DNA from: Octopus bimaculoides
Lineage: Eukaryota
Direction: 5' to 3'
Assembly (NCBI RefSeq): GCF_001194135.2
Contig: NC_068990.1
Span: forward strand, 89,363,083 to 89,427,082
DNA: 64,000 bases
The position numbers were made by a program, and so were the translations under genes. Under the pieces are notes generated by a model. The model had not been told where the DNA came from, searched no databases, and worked only from the letters and a program-made list of their open reading frames with translations. This document shows positions 51,001 through 63,689 of this stretch, piece after piece (positions within the stretch are counted from its first letter, which is position 1; each line of letters begins with the position of its first letter).

Positions 51001-52704
51001 AGAAATAACCAATTCTCAGATCAAATCTCTAATTAAAAATATACAAGGAGGATTAATAAAACCTCAGATTTACACATAATTTCAGATGAAATCCATTACT
51101 ACAACTCTACAGTAGCAGGCATAAAGAAAAAAATTCTGATTAAATTTCTTTGCTAAAAGTATACAGAAAAAAACCTGCAAAAATTGATATCCTTTTAATA
51201 TTTCAGATTCAAAAAATATTTTCTCAATGATGGTTAGTTTTTTTTTTGTTTCTCTGATTTTTTTAGAGAGAACAGTTAAGATGGCATTTGTAGAAGCACC
51301 TGCAAAACCTCCACGAGAAGTTCGTCGTAAGCAGTTGAAGTATGGAACAGGGACCATCACTAAGGATGCTTTAGGCCCATATCGTACATATAAACCGGTT
51401 GTCAATAACAAACTTCAGGCTCCCACTGCTGCCTCCCACATCTCTGCAGGTCCTTCTTCAGCGAGAATACAGGTTTCTCAACAACATCGCAGTAAGTTGA
51501 CCTTTCTGCTTTATACATTGCGTTGTGCACCGAGCACAGCACCCAGCTTTATACTGTTGCCTAGTCCTTGGGTTTGTTTAGTGAGATTTATCCTGTTGTA
51601 AGTATTCAAATAGAGCGTGAGTGGAAATGCTTTAAAATTGAGAAAAAGTTAACTTATTAATTCACAATACTAAGTTCAATATTTCTTCTTAGTATAACAC
51701 AGAGAGGGAGCTTTGTCTGATCAAATCACATTCTATCATCTTGGGGAAGAAAATGGCATTTTGGATAATGTAGTGCAAGACATATTTCGAAAATGATGGT
51801 CATGACTGGAATGCCTTAGATCATAGTTCTGTTCTGTCAAGACTGGTTTGTGGCTGGAGAAAGATGAGTTCTGTCTCTTTTGCCCTACACACACTAATTG
51901 AAGACCTATGTATTTAGTGGTGTCCCTATTGATTTAATATGGTATGGGGCCTTTCAGTTGCTGCTGTTGTCGTCATCTGTTACCTGTCTAACTGTTTGTC
52001 TGCTTTTCCATTCTGGCATGGATTGGACAACTTTTCTGAAACAGTTTTTGTACGACTAAATGCCTTTCCTCTTGACAATCCATTTTATTGCCTCTGACAA
52101 GTAACTGGTGTACTTCTTCAACTGGTTTACACAGTTACCAAAGGGAAAATTGGTTTGTCTATAAAGTTCAGACTTTTGAAGAAATATTTCTCTCCCTTTA
52201 AAATATCCAAAGAAATATTTCCAATTTCGAAGAAATATCTTTTAAGTAAGAGAGATATTTCCTTAACAACAGTTATAATTTATAAGAAAGCTGTTCTGAC
52301 AATTTACGAAGTAAACACCACAAGTCAGAGACGCACATTAGGTCACTCTCTCCATCAAATCAACATTGTCTGAACAGGTGGTGCACAGGTGTACCTCACG
52401 TCAGGTGTCAAGGTGATTGTAGAGCAACGTGAGGTGAAGTGTTTTGCTCAAGAACACAACACACCACCCGGTCTAGGAATTGAAATCATGATCTTGCGGT
52501 CGTGAGTCCAACTCCCTAATCACTATATATGTGTGTGTGTGTGTGTGTGTTTGTGAATGTTCTTTTTGCTTCTTAATTGGATATTATTGTTTGTTCATAT
52601 ACGACAACTATATCTACATGTTTCTTTCCATTTCAGCCACAAAAGTCATTGCACCAATGATGCAGAAGACAATGAAAATGATTAAAAAGATGCAGAGACG
52701 ATGA
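37121..52704 (+). CDS. ELOA: Elongin A (TCEB3), 572 aa, 11 exons: 37121-37195, 41877-41933, 43700-44461, 45434-45545, 46918-47004, 47894-47947, 48777-48874, 49469-49570, 50218-50296, 51267-51491, 52637-52704
   Basis: TFIIS N-terminal domain (…[25 protein letters not shown]), Ser/Lys-rich linker, BC-box [56 protein letters not shown], and C-terminal [11 protein letters not shown]. All junctions are GT-AG and in phase; total 1719 nt. Confidence 0.97.
38571..39280 (-). mobile_element. 5'-truncated R4/Dong-like non-LTR retrotransposon with restriction-like endonuclease (RLE) domain, in ELOA intron 1
   Basis: [10 protein letters not shown]...WWNIPVKT...[30 protein letters not shown]...[10 protein letters not shown]. 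The 20-bp direct repeat GTATGTATGTATGTATGCAT lies at 38542-38561 and 39281-39300. Confidence 0.8.
39750..41052 (+). mobile_element. Patchwork of RTE-clade LINE 3' fragments ending in a (GAT)n tail
   Basis: [23 protein letters not shown]; [25 protein letters not shown]; GRPRKTC; ends with the GGCATCCAGC...CCAACCCATGCCAGCATGGA...(GAT)n tail. This tail recurs at about 70-200, 6140-6290, 44900-45060, 48170-48325 and 56220-56340. Confidence 0.8.
41096..41502 (+). mobile_element. Near full-length, young tRNA-derived SINE (family 1)
   Basis: A box TGGCTGTGTGGTAAG, B box GGGTTCAGTCC, internal (TG)n, tail GTAAAAGAGTAAAAGAG. Older copies at about 3560-3740, 7920-8090, 12670-12900, 16375-16790, 31620-31905, 56500-56830 and 58672-58821. 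Confidence 0.85.
44525..44686 (-). mobile_element. Isolated tail of the hammerhead-bearing element, ribozyme core mutated
   Basis: Homologous to 30712-30861; the core reads CTGGTATGA...AAAAC instead of CTGANGA...GAAAC. Confidence 0.75.
46395..46537. mobile_element. Solo LTR, 143 bp
   Basis: TGTTATGTC...GACACAACA ends, perfect 5-bp TSD CTTTC, TATAAATA on the minus strand; homologous to 32926-33066. Confidence 0.85.
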
Positions 52705-53424
52705 AAAGAAAAAAAAACCCCACTTGAAAAGAATGATTATGACAAAATCATTTGCCCTTAATATTTTTTCTCAAGTTTTTATTTTAATTCTAACTTCACG
52801 CCCTCTCTCTTCTTACTCTCTTCAAATCCCTCGTCACATTTTAAATTATCATTTACCTAATTTATATAAGTTTTTTTTATAATTTCTATATAAAATTGTA
52901 TAATAATATTTTTCTGATTTAAAAAAGAATCAAATTTTTTCTTTCTTTCTGTTTTTTTTTTGTAACTGGAACTCTTGAAAATGNNNNNNNNNNNNNNNNN
53001 NNNNNNNNNNNNNNNNNNNNNNNNNNNNNNNNNNNNNNNNNNNNNNNNNNNNNNNNNNNNNNNNNNNNNNNNNNNNNNNNNNNNNNNNNNNNNNNNNNNN
53101 NNNNNNNNNNNNNNNNNNNNNNNNNNNNNNNNNNNNNNNNNNNNNNNNNNNNNNNNNNNNNNNNNNNNNNNNNNNNNNNNNNNNNNNNNNNNNNNNNNNN
53201 NNNNNNNNNNNNNNNNNNNNNNNNGGGCCTGCTATAAATTATCATTAATACCATTATTGAGAATGGAACAAAGAAGTGTTAAGCTCCTGGCAAGGCAAGT
53301 CAAGTGGTTTGGTTTCAATTCCTAGCCAAAGCCAGCTTACTTATGCCATTAACATCTTTGATAAACACATTAACATCACCTCCTCCCTTCCTCCAAAAGT
53401 TGCAGCCTCGTGGGTAAGTTAATG

Positions 53425-53462
<38 letters not shown>

Positions 53463-54504
53463 AATAAGGATGGTGGATAGCAGAGGTCTGTGGAACAGTG
53501 GGGGACAAAATGCCATACAGTTATGACCCTTCATGTTCTTAGTTTAAATCTCTCTGGGTTTGGCCTAGCCTTTCTTTCTTTTAAGGGGTTGAAGTAAGTA
53601 CTAGTCAAACACAGAGGTCAGTGGAATCAACTGTTCCCTTGCTTCCAAATTTCTGGTCATGTGCCTCTGTTAAAAACCATCTTCCCCTTCCTCAGCATCA
53701 TCCTCATTGTCATTATTAAATTTGAAATATGCAAATTATGATAAGAATTATGTAAATATAATTTACATCAAAGGCCGGTCTCCAGCTTCTTTACAGTGAG
53801 CTGTCATACTTTATTAGCATTTCAACAAGCTAACCACATATTTAGATTCTCAGTCTGAAAGAAAGACATTCTCCCCTTTTTTCTTATAGTGCCAAAGATC
53901 ACATGACAGAAATTCTATGAAATTGACTAGTCAACGAGAAGGGGTATTGGGTGGTATAACATCCTACATCAGTGCTTTGTCTTTAATGAATGGCACTGCA
54001 GTCACATTGTCCAGACACAGTCTGTTGGCATTGAAAACATTTGATGGTTGTTTTATTTTTAAATTCCTTGTTGGGTAGTGGATTGGTAGAATCATTAGGA
54101 GCATTGGACAAAATTCTTTGCAGTATTTAATTACGACTTTTTACATTCTGAGTTCAAGTCTTACTATGGTTAACTTTGCGTTTCATCTTTCTGTGGGTTG
54201 ATAAAAGTAAAGTACCAGTTGTCTTTCTGGTGTGTGACAAAATAACTAAGATTCAGGTATCCCATAAAACTGTGGCCTTGATCATATGTCAGAAACAACT
54301 GGCAAACTGACAGAATTATTTGTACATCAAGTAAAAATGCTTAGTAACATTTCTTCTGGTTGTTTATGTTTTAAGTTCAAATGCTGCCGAGTTTGACTTT
54401 GCCTTTCGTCCTTTGAGGCTCAATAAAATAAATACCAGTTGGAACATTGGGTCGATGTAATTGACCAATCCTATCCCCCAAATTTCAAATCTTGTTCTTA
54501 TTTT

Positions 54505-54511
54505 AGAAACA

Positions 54512-54544
<33 letters not shown>

Positions 54545-55085
54545 GAGTGAGAGAGCAGTGCATGCCATCAAAGTGACACTGGGGTACAAATATACGAAGC
54601 CCAATATATCCATCATGACTACCCATCTGATAAGGGTACACCAGGCACATGCATCACAGCCATACGTGTGTGACATGCTGATCTAATATCAAGGTAAACA
54701 GTGCATGACCTTACGGGTGGGGGCCCAGTTAGAATTTTCTTCAGGTTGAGCCTGTCCCACTCAAAAGGTCCCTTTTGAGTTTGTTTAAGGCTGATGAATA
54801 AAACACCTGTTTCCAGAGGTGAATTACTTAAACCCCAAAGAATTCCTCTCCACACATGGCTATGATGCTCTCTCACTACTCCTGCTTGTGGTCAGTGATG
54901 CACATATCGTCAGCCACCAAGGGACATGCTCAACTGGTTAAGGTCAAACAACTGACAAACAAATCTGTGGTATTGAGCAGAATATTTGCTGTAGCCCATT
55001 TTTTATACCAAGACAAAACAATGTACATGATAACACTTATAATTAGTTAAGATCCGAACCATGAGAGCCACTGCTTGGTACTGCT
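54505..55085 (-). mobile_element. Unclassified retroposed repeat of about 550 bp with an (AAT)n tail
   Basis: Non-coding, higher GC than flanks, ends in a long (AAT)n tract. Family not identified. Confidence 0.45.
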
Positions 55086-57961
55086 GCTGCTGCTGTTGCT
55101 GTTGCTGTTGTTGTTGTTGTTGTTGAGGAAGAGGAGGAGGTGGTGAGCTGGCAGAATCGTTAGCACACTGGATGAAATGTTTAGCGATGTTTCACCTGTT
55201 GCTACCTTCTGAGTTCAAATTCTCCTAAGGTAGACTTTGCCTTTAATCCTTTCAAGATTGATAAATTAAGTACCAGTGAAACACTGGGGTCGATGTAATC
55301 AACTTACCCCTGCCTTGTGCCTATAGTAGAATAGATTATTATTATTATTATTATTAAAGTGATGAGCTGGCAGAATCATTAGACACACACATGCGCACAC
55401 ACATGCACACACACATGCACATACACACACACACACACACGTATATATATATATATTGTATACAATGGACTTCCACACAGTTTCCACCAACCACATTCTT
55501 TTCTACTCTAGGCACAAGGCCTGAAATTCTTGGGAAGGGGGCCAGTCGATTAGATCGACCCCAGTACGCAACTGGTACTTAATTTATCAACCCTGAAAAG
55601 ATGAAAGGCAAAGTCAACCTCAATGGAATTTGAACTCGGAATGTAAAGACAGACGAAATACTGCTCAGCATCTCGCCCGTCATGCTAACATTTCTGGCAG
55701 CTCGCAGCCTTTCCATCAACCACATTCACTCACAGGGCATTGGTCAGTCTAGGACTATAGTAGAAGACACTTGCCCAAGGTGCTGCACAGTGGGACTGAA
55801 CCCAAAACACTGCCATTTCAAAGTGAGCCTTGTAATGTACACATGCATTCCTTTGTTAAAATTCTGTGATCAAATCTTGCTTTGGCTGACTATTTTTTTT
55901 TTGAGAAGCATGGAAGCAACAAAGTCAGTTTTTGTGAACTTTGAACATAGAATGTGAAAGGTTTGAACTAGGAATCTGCAGACTTTAAATCTGGTGCTCA
56001 ACTGATCTTGTGGGTTTCTCGCTTGAACTGCACAGATGAACTTACAACATAGTGACATAGGGTGTAAGGGGCTGAGCCACTTACTAGCTTGTAGTTCTTG
56101 TTCAAATACACTGTGAGCATTTTATTTTGTATTACATCATCGTCATCATCACCATCATCATCGTCATCATCACTATCATCATCGTCGTCACCACCATCAT
56201 CGCCATCATCTTCATCATCATCATCATCATCATTGTTTTAACGTTCGCTTTTCCATGTTTGCATGGGTCAGGTGGAATTCGTTAAGGCACATTCTCTACG
56301 GCCGGATGCTCTTCCTGTTATCAAACCTCATCTGTTTCCAAGCAAGATAATATTTCCCCATGGCCATGCATGTTTCTATGGAATATTGGAAATTAACAAC
56401 ACTGCTAGTATGACAGTGACACTTGTTTACAACTATCATGCAATGTCAAGGCACAAAACACACACATACACACACACATACACGCATGCTTACAGACATA
56501 TGTATATAGGACAGGCTTCTTTCAATATCCATCTACCAAATTCCCATACAAGGCTTTGGTCAGTCCTGGGGCTATATTAGAAGGCATTTGCTGATGGTGC
56601 CATGCAGTTGGATTGAACCTGAAACTACATGGTTGGGAAGTGAACTTCTTAACCACACAACCATGCCGACACCTAACACATCTCAGCATATAGAAGTAGG
56701 TATTAGCATATGTGCCACAGCATGGCCACATTGTTAAGAAGTTTACTTGGTAACTGCATAGTTTCAGGTTCAATACCACTGCATGTCACCCTAAGCAAGT
56801 GACTTCTTCTCTAACCTAGTTTTGATCAATGTTTTGTGAGTGAAATTTGGTTGACAGGAACCATTTGGTAAACCATCAGGAGGGATTGATTTTCATCTTC
56901 CGTACTGGACTTCATTACTTGGTTGTTGGGTGTCTCCAGTAGAGCACCCATTGCTACAAGTACTGGCAGCCTCTGCATTAGGGGAAGAAGGTGTTCTAGA
57001 AGATCTTGCTAAAACATAGAATTGAGCATTAAGCCTATTTTCTATTGACCTCCATGTTACATGGGCATCAATGGACATTGAAGCTAATGTTTAATGTAAC
57101 AAAATTCTGTATTATGGTAGGATTTTCAGGAAAAACAGCACTTCTATAATAGAAGATGCTTATATTTGGGACAGATCTCTGGTCCGAGGATAATTTTCTC
57201 TTTTGTTTCCACTCATCATGGAGGCCCCGAAGAAAGGTCACGAACTCTCCCCTTCCTCTTACTAAATCGTTAAAAAAAAACCCTTCATCTCTTCCTCCCA
57301 GATGGACTGGTGTTGTTATCAAGAGGAAGGTTTATCTTATGGATTGTTCAGTGTCACAAAAGCTTGTGTGTCCCAAGGGCTACTTAGCTGTGTTTTTGAG
57401 ATTCTGTTATGAGAAGACATGCAGAAATAAAGACAACAATAGTAGCTAAATACATAATGTTATTATTGGCTTTCATGTCACTGAAGACTGGGTCTTTGGA
57501 ATCGTTTATACCACATCCCTGGCTATATCATCCATTAATTCCTGCCAGGCCCTCAGTTAATAATATTTAGGCTCTTGTATCGTAAAAGTTTAAAGAAATA
57601 AAAGACATTTTTTTTTAGTCTGAATATGTAGATGGCATTGCAAGTGAGAGGCGTGAAACATCTCAACCAGTCATAAATAAATAAAAATTCAAGTAAAATA
57701 GAAGAAAAAATAGTTTTCTTTTTTTTNNNNNNNNNNNNNNNNNNNNNNNNNNNNNNNNNNNNNNNNNNNNNNNNNNNNNNNNNNNNNNNNNNNNNNNNNN
57801 NNNNNNNNNNNNNNNNNNNNNNNNNNNNNNNNNNNNNNNNNNNNNNNNNNNNNNNNNNNNNNNNNNNNNNNNNNNNNNNNNNNNNNNNNNNNNNNNNNNN
57901 NNNNNNNNNNNNNNNNNNNNNNNNNNNNNNNNNNNNNNNNNNNNNNNNNNNNNNNNNNNNN

Positions 57962-58594
57962 CGATCCCAGTCGGAGTCGATGCGTGACCTGGGTATCCAC
58001 ACGAGTAATGATGCATCATTCTATGTGCATATTACCAAGATGGCAACACTGTGCAGGCGAGCGGCTGAATGGATTCTGAAATCCTGCAGAACCATGAAAA
58101 ACGATACCATGCTACTCCAATGGAGAACTTTCGCTCCCAGTCGTCTGGATTATTGCTCCCAACTGTTGTTACAGCAGAGCGTCGAACTGGGGGCAGAACT
58201 TGAGGCACTTCAGCGCCACAAAGAAGGTTGACCAAGGTGAAACAGATGCGGTACCGGGAGAGGCCACAAGAACTGAAACTCTGTTCTCTCTCCCTTGAGA
58301 GATACGAAAGATATGCAGAAACGGAAGATCCGGGAAGGTCTAGCTCAAAGCTATAGCATCCAGCAAACTGGACGGCACTGCATAGTACCAAAGATTCCGT
58401 CTGGAATAAGGACCCAGTACTATAACAGCTTGAGTTCCAAGGGTCCACAGCTTTTCAACATTCTGCTAAACAACTTGAGAGATTTGCGAGGTGTAGATGA
58501 GGAGGCCTTCAAAGAGCGCCTGGACAAACTTTAATCTGAGAAACCAGATGAGCCCACGTTGTGGCAGGAGGCATAAAGAAGAGCTGCGCTGTCC
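57962..58594 (+). mobile_element. CR1-group LINE RT/thumb 3' fragment
   Basis: RDLGIHTSNDASFYVHI...SRLDYCSQL...LEALQR and KGPQLFNIL..NLRDL...FKERLDKL...PDEP. Confidence 0.85.
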
Positions 58595-58821
58595 ANNNNN
58601 NNNNNTGAAAGAGAACTAATCACACTAAACGTAATGCCTCAGCCTCTGCTTGAAATCAGTGAAAAGTAAAAGATGTGGCTGTGTGGTAAGAAGCTTGCTT
58701 CCCAACCACATGGTTCCGGGTTCAGTCCCACTGTGTGGAACCTTGAGTAAGTGTCTTCTACTATAGCCTCAGACCGATCAAAACCTTGTGAGTGGATTTG
58801 GTAGACTGAAACTGAAAGAAG

Positions 58822-59735
58822 ACGAGTGATTGGTAAGAGCTGTACAAGCCCTGTACAGGTATGCTGTCAGTAAGGTGAGGGTTGGCAACGAGTATAGTGA
58901 AGAATTCTGGGTAGAAGTAGGGGTTCACCAAAGATCAGTCCTCAGCCCCCTCTTATTCATTATAGCCCTCCAGGTAATAAAGGAATTCAAGATAGGCTAC
59001 CCCTGGGAGCTCCTCTATGCTGATGACCTTGCTCTAATAGCCGAGTCACTGCCAGAACTAGAGACGAAGTTTAGAGTGCAGAAGCAAGGTCTAGAATCGA
59101 AGGGCTTTAGGACTAACCTAGCAAAAACCAAAGTCTTAGTAAGTAGGAAGGCTGACAAATCATAAACCCCTTCAGGTAGATGGCCCTGCTCGATCTGTAG
59201 AAAAGGCGTGGGTACGATGTACCCGTTGCAAGCTATGGACACAAAAGGTGCAGCAATATCAAAGGAAGGTTAACCGAGAAGATAGTTTTTGTATGTGGCA
59301 GGTGCACAGGGGCAATGAGCACTGAAGTTGTACAGAAAACAGATTCCACCACATGCCAGGGGGAAAAACTAGAAGTAGTTGATAGCTTCCGCTATATAGG
59401 CGACCAAGTCTGTAGTGGGGGTGGTTGCTCTGAGAGTGTAGTGGCTAGAATAAGAATAACCTGGGCAAAGTTCAGAGAGCTCCTACCTCTGTTGGTAACA
59501 AAGAACCTCTCATTCAGATTGAAAGGCAGACTGTATGATGCCTGTGTGCGAACAGTCATACTGCATGGCAGTGAAATATGGGGTGTGACTGCTGAGGACA
59601 TGCGTAGGCTTGAAAGAAATAAAGCTAGTATGATCCGCTGGATGTGTAATGTCTGTGTGCATACGTGACAGTGTGTGAGCGCCCTGAGAGAAAAGTTGGA
59701 CATAAGAAGCCACGAATATTGCATGAAGAAGCGAG
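58822..59735 (+). mobile_element. RTE-clade LINE reverse transcriptase fragment, frameshifted
   Basis: VGVHQRSVLSPLLF...ELLYADDL...NLAKTKVL; Cys-rich insert; EVVDSFRYIGD...LYDACVRTVILHGSEIW. Confidence 0.92.
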
Positions 59736-59799
59736 AGACGAGATTGCCTTTCATCCTTTCGGGGTCGATAAATTAAGTACCAGTTACGCACCAGTTACA

Positions 59800-60660
59800 C
59801 ACATCAAACTACCTAGAGAATCTTCCTACCTTTGGTCCTCACCTATCTCGCATCTCTTGGTTCGGTAACATTCTTTCTGTTCGCCCTGTTGCCACATGAG
59901 TTGACGGATTTCTCTCTGTCCCTCGTTCTCTCAGTTTCTGTATGACCCAGGATTCGGTTTTGTCTCTAATTCTCTTCCTTCCACACAACTTGCTGCCACA
60001 TCTAACAACATCCACTGTTATGCAGATGGCACTGTCTTTCAATCCTCCCCAACATGACCAGTCACACAACACCAACTCGCAACTTAGACACACGACAAAC
60101 CCAATCTATGAGCAAAGACCTTGAAAGCTTCCGCCAATGGGAATTTGTTAATCTTGTCTCTTTTAACAGCAAGAAAATAAGCATTGTAGCTGTGGAGGAA
60201 ACATCAACGCACCACAGCCACCTTAATATAAACAGCACTCAACTAGAGCTCTCAGAAGCGCATACCCTCACTAAAGACCTCTTCTGGTTAAAGTACATCC
60301 TTAACATAACTGGAACAGTATTCCTCCGAGTGGCTCTTCTCTTTATGACTAGAAGGTACTTTAGTCTCCTTCAATTATTGAGACTTAACAAGAGGTCAAG
60401 TGAGGTTTAAATGCTCTAACTTCTTGGACGGTGTTGCTGTTCTACGCACAGATATCTTAGATACAACTAAAAAAGGGTCATTGACATAAAGTCGCTCACA
60501 TGCAAGACACAGCCTCTGATCCTCAGGTTCGCTGATGCCTTTTTCTGCCATTGCTTATCGCTACTAATGACCTCTACCCGTCGGAGTTGGCTGGATTCAT
60601 GCCATCTCCAGTCAAGCATTCCTATCCTACTCGTCTCTCTTCTCAGCAGCATTTGTTGTG
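59800..60660 (+). mobile_element. CR1/L2/Jockey-group LINE RT fragment, decayed
   Basis: TQDSVLSLILFL...NIHCYADG...SKDLESFRQWEFVNLVSFNSKK. Confidence 0.75.
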
Positions 60661-60690
60661 TCCGCATATGTACAATATATATTTAGTCTA

Positions 60691-60906
60691 AGGCAGCGAG
60701 CTGAGAGAAACGTTAGTACGCCGTGCGAAATGCTTAGTAGTATTTTGTCTGTCTTTACGTTCTGAGTTCAAATTCCGCCGAGGTCAACTTTGCCTCTCAT
60801 CCTTTCGGGGTCGATAAATTAAGTATCAGTTGTATACTGGGATCGATCTAATCAACTGGTCCCCTCCCCCAAAATTTCGGGCCTTGTGCCTAGAGTAGAA
60901 AAGAAT
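60691..60906 (+). mobile_element. Full-length tRNA-derived SINE (family 2)
   Basis: B box GAGTTCAAATTCC; core CTTTGCCTCTCATCCTTTCGGGGTCGATAAATTAAGTA resembling the Meta/Sauria-type central domain as recalled. More than 10 older copies, e.g. 8330-8490, 11240-11440, 14095-14510 (tandem pair), 54290-54500, 55140-55335 and 55500-55705. Confidence 0.8.
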
Positions 60907-61239
60907 ATATATGCACAGTTCTATATTTAGCAGATGAGGAATTATGTACATTATTTACATTATTTACATTTGACCGATATTTGTCCTTATCAAATGCAAA
61001 TAATGTACATAATATATATATATATATTCTTTTATATGTTTCAGTCATTTGACAGCGGCCATGTTGGAGCACCACCTTAGGGGGTTTTAGTCGAACAAAT
61101 CGACCCCAGGACTTATTCTTTGTAAGCCTAGTACTTATTCTTTTGATATCTTTCGCCAAACCGCTAAGTCACGGGGACTTAAACACACCAATATCGGTTG
61201 TAAGTGATGGTGAGGGAACAAACAGATACAAGCAGACGA

Positions 61240-61750
61240 GAGTTCCGGACCCCAGTTACGAACTCATTTGCGTACAGCCAATCAGAGCTCACCTTGACCT
61301 TGTTGTCAGGTTAACAAACACACTCTTCGAAGTAAACTCAAGACAAAGAACGGTGTTGCAAGTCGACCGATCGCCATTTTATGCCTGATTTCAGAAGGAG
61401 ACAAGTAATTAGATAGATTTGCATCTATACCTATTATCGGAGTTTGTTAGGGCCCCATATGGTAAAGTCGTGGATGGGGAAAATGTGGGTAGAGGGTGAT
61501 GTGCTAGCAGCCCTCACCCCTTAGTGTTTTAGAAAATAAACAACAACACAAATAACTCCGCAGAGGCAGCCATGGTTGGAACAAGAACAAGAACAACAAG
61601 CATTATTAAAAGAGAAAAGAAGCGTGGTCATTCCTTACCCAAGTGACCTCATCTTATCGTCCATCACTTGTTATGCGCTCATAAATTAGTTTGATAGATG
61701 AGCTCTGATTGGCTGTATGCAAATGAGTTCATAACTGGGGTCCGGAACTC
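61240..61750. mobile_element. MITE-like element, 511 bp, with 52-bp TIRs
   Basis: GAGTTCCGGACCCCAGTTAYGAACTCATTTGCRTACAGCCAATCAGAGCTCA at 61240-61291 and inverted at 61699-61750 (50 of 52 match). No TSD visible; the left flank is a truncated SINE. Confidence 0.7.
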
Positions 61751-62572
61751 AGGTGGGAAAAAGAAATTTCGCGGCCGGTCTTGTGTACAAAGTTCGAAAG
61801 ACCGACCCTACAGTGCATAAATTCCTGACCCCACACCCACTAAATCCATTGGTCAGTCTTTTCTCCTCAAAGCCTCATTTCACTGGCATTCCTTCCCCGC
61901 CAATGTTTTCTTGTTTGTCTTTGAATTTAGGTTTCGACTCGTAATTATTTAGAAGAATATTAACAACGTTGAACTCAGCTGTGTTGGAGGACATTCGAAG
62001 GCCATGGGAACAATTCTTTGATCCAGAGAAAAAAATTCACGCNNNNNNNNNNNNNNNNNNNNNNNNNNNNNNNNNNNNNNNNNNNNNNNNNNNNNNNNNN
62101 NNNNNNNNNNNNNNNNNNNNNNNNNNNNNNNNNNNNNNGGACGAAAATTAAGTAAAACAAATCAACATAGAATCGAACCAGTTTCGCAGGTTCGCACTTA
62201 GATCACAATACATAGCAACTTGAACTCACACACACACACACACACAAACAATTATCTTTCTTTCCCGCTCTCTGTGTCTGTCTGTCTCTTTGTCTCTCTT
62301 TCTCTCTTTCTCTCTCACACACACATACATGCACATACATACACATGCGTTGTTTCTTTTCCTGTCTGCCTGCCTGTCTGTCTGTCTGTCTGTTAGTCCG
62401 TCACTATCAGTCTGTCGGCCCATCACTGTCTGTCTGTCTGTCTGTCACTCAGGAGCCCATATAGACGCGTATATTCTCTGTTTTTTTTTTCAAGTATCCT
62501 CGTTTGTTTATTTACTCCCCATCACTTCAAACGCACACTCATACACACACAAACACACAAACACAAAAACAC

Positions 62573-62609
<37 letters not shown>

Positions 62610-63689
62610 GCGCACACGCAGAACTCATATCTCCACACTTGCACGTGGTTGTTCGTCTCAAGTAGGATGTTAAAACATTACAAAACAATACACTTTAATA
62701 TAAAAAAAGCAGTCTTAGAAATAGCAAAAAAACAAAACAACAAAACATACGCAATAAAACAAGCCTCTCTCTGTTCATATAAGTATTTAATCTAGTGTCA
62801 CCATCACTCGTCCTCCTCTTAAATATACAAGCAGCACAAATTTAAGGCGACTCTTTTATTAGTTTTTTTTTGCTTGGTTGATTGCACAAGTATCCATTCT
62901 TTTATCTCAAAACAATGTCCAGCCATCTATGTGCAAGAAATGGCAGTCAAATATCTCTGCTGGAGATATTATGTGCTAGAAACGGCAGTCTCTGAAATCA
63001 CACTCTACTTTCCGTCTTAAAAAATATGAAGGATACATTAAAATTAGTGATTTACAAAATGACAAATACCAGTTTTCGGTTTCTCACAAGATATCGGAGA
63101 TGTTTTTTTTTGTGCCAGTTTTTGTACCGTGCCATGAGACTGAACCCCAAACGACTTGGCTATAAAGCGACCCCCCTAACCCCGTGACCAAATTCGCGCC
63201 TATATAAAGATAGTTCTTGCTTCGTATTAACTGGTGACCATTTTGGTCAACATTAGGTCCATTATTTCTTCTTTTTATGAAGGCGCATAGCCTAGTGGTT
63301 AGAGATGTTTAGCTTATGAATGGAAGATCGTAGGTTCAATCTTGGATTGAGCAGCGCATTATGTTCTTGAGTAAGGCATTTCATTTCAGCGATTGTATTC
63401 CGCCTTCGGAGAAAACCTTCTTTCAGACGAAGTCTAATCACTACACACTCGAATAATGGACATAAAGAAACTTGGTAGCGATGATTCGACTTGATTGTCT
63501 CTCTCTTCGGGTAAAGCTACCCCAGAATCAATGATTCTCAACAAAAACGATGGCTCTTGAACTGAGCAAACAAATTATCTGTTGATGAGTGTTGCTGTCT
63601 GATAATTAATTATCATATGTACATAGAAATGCGAGAACACTGCATAAAAACAAACACGCCGCTCATATGTGCGTATGCGTATGTATACA

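Noticed and set aside
54790-54830. CTGATGA followed by a CACC/GGTG stem as a possible hammerhead
   Set aside because: No GAAA core or helix I/III.
56893-57449. Non-repetitive segment with 60-97-aa ORFs on both strands
   Set aside because: No domain recognised and frames do not connect; may be a UTR or old TE, so left unassigned.
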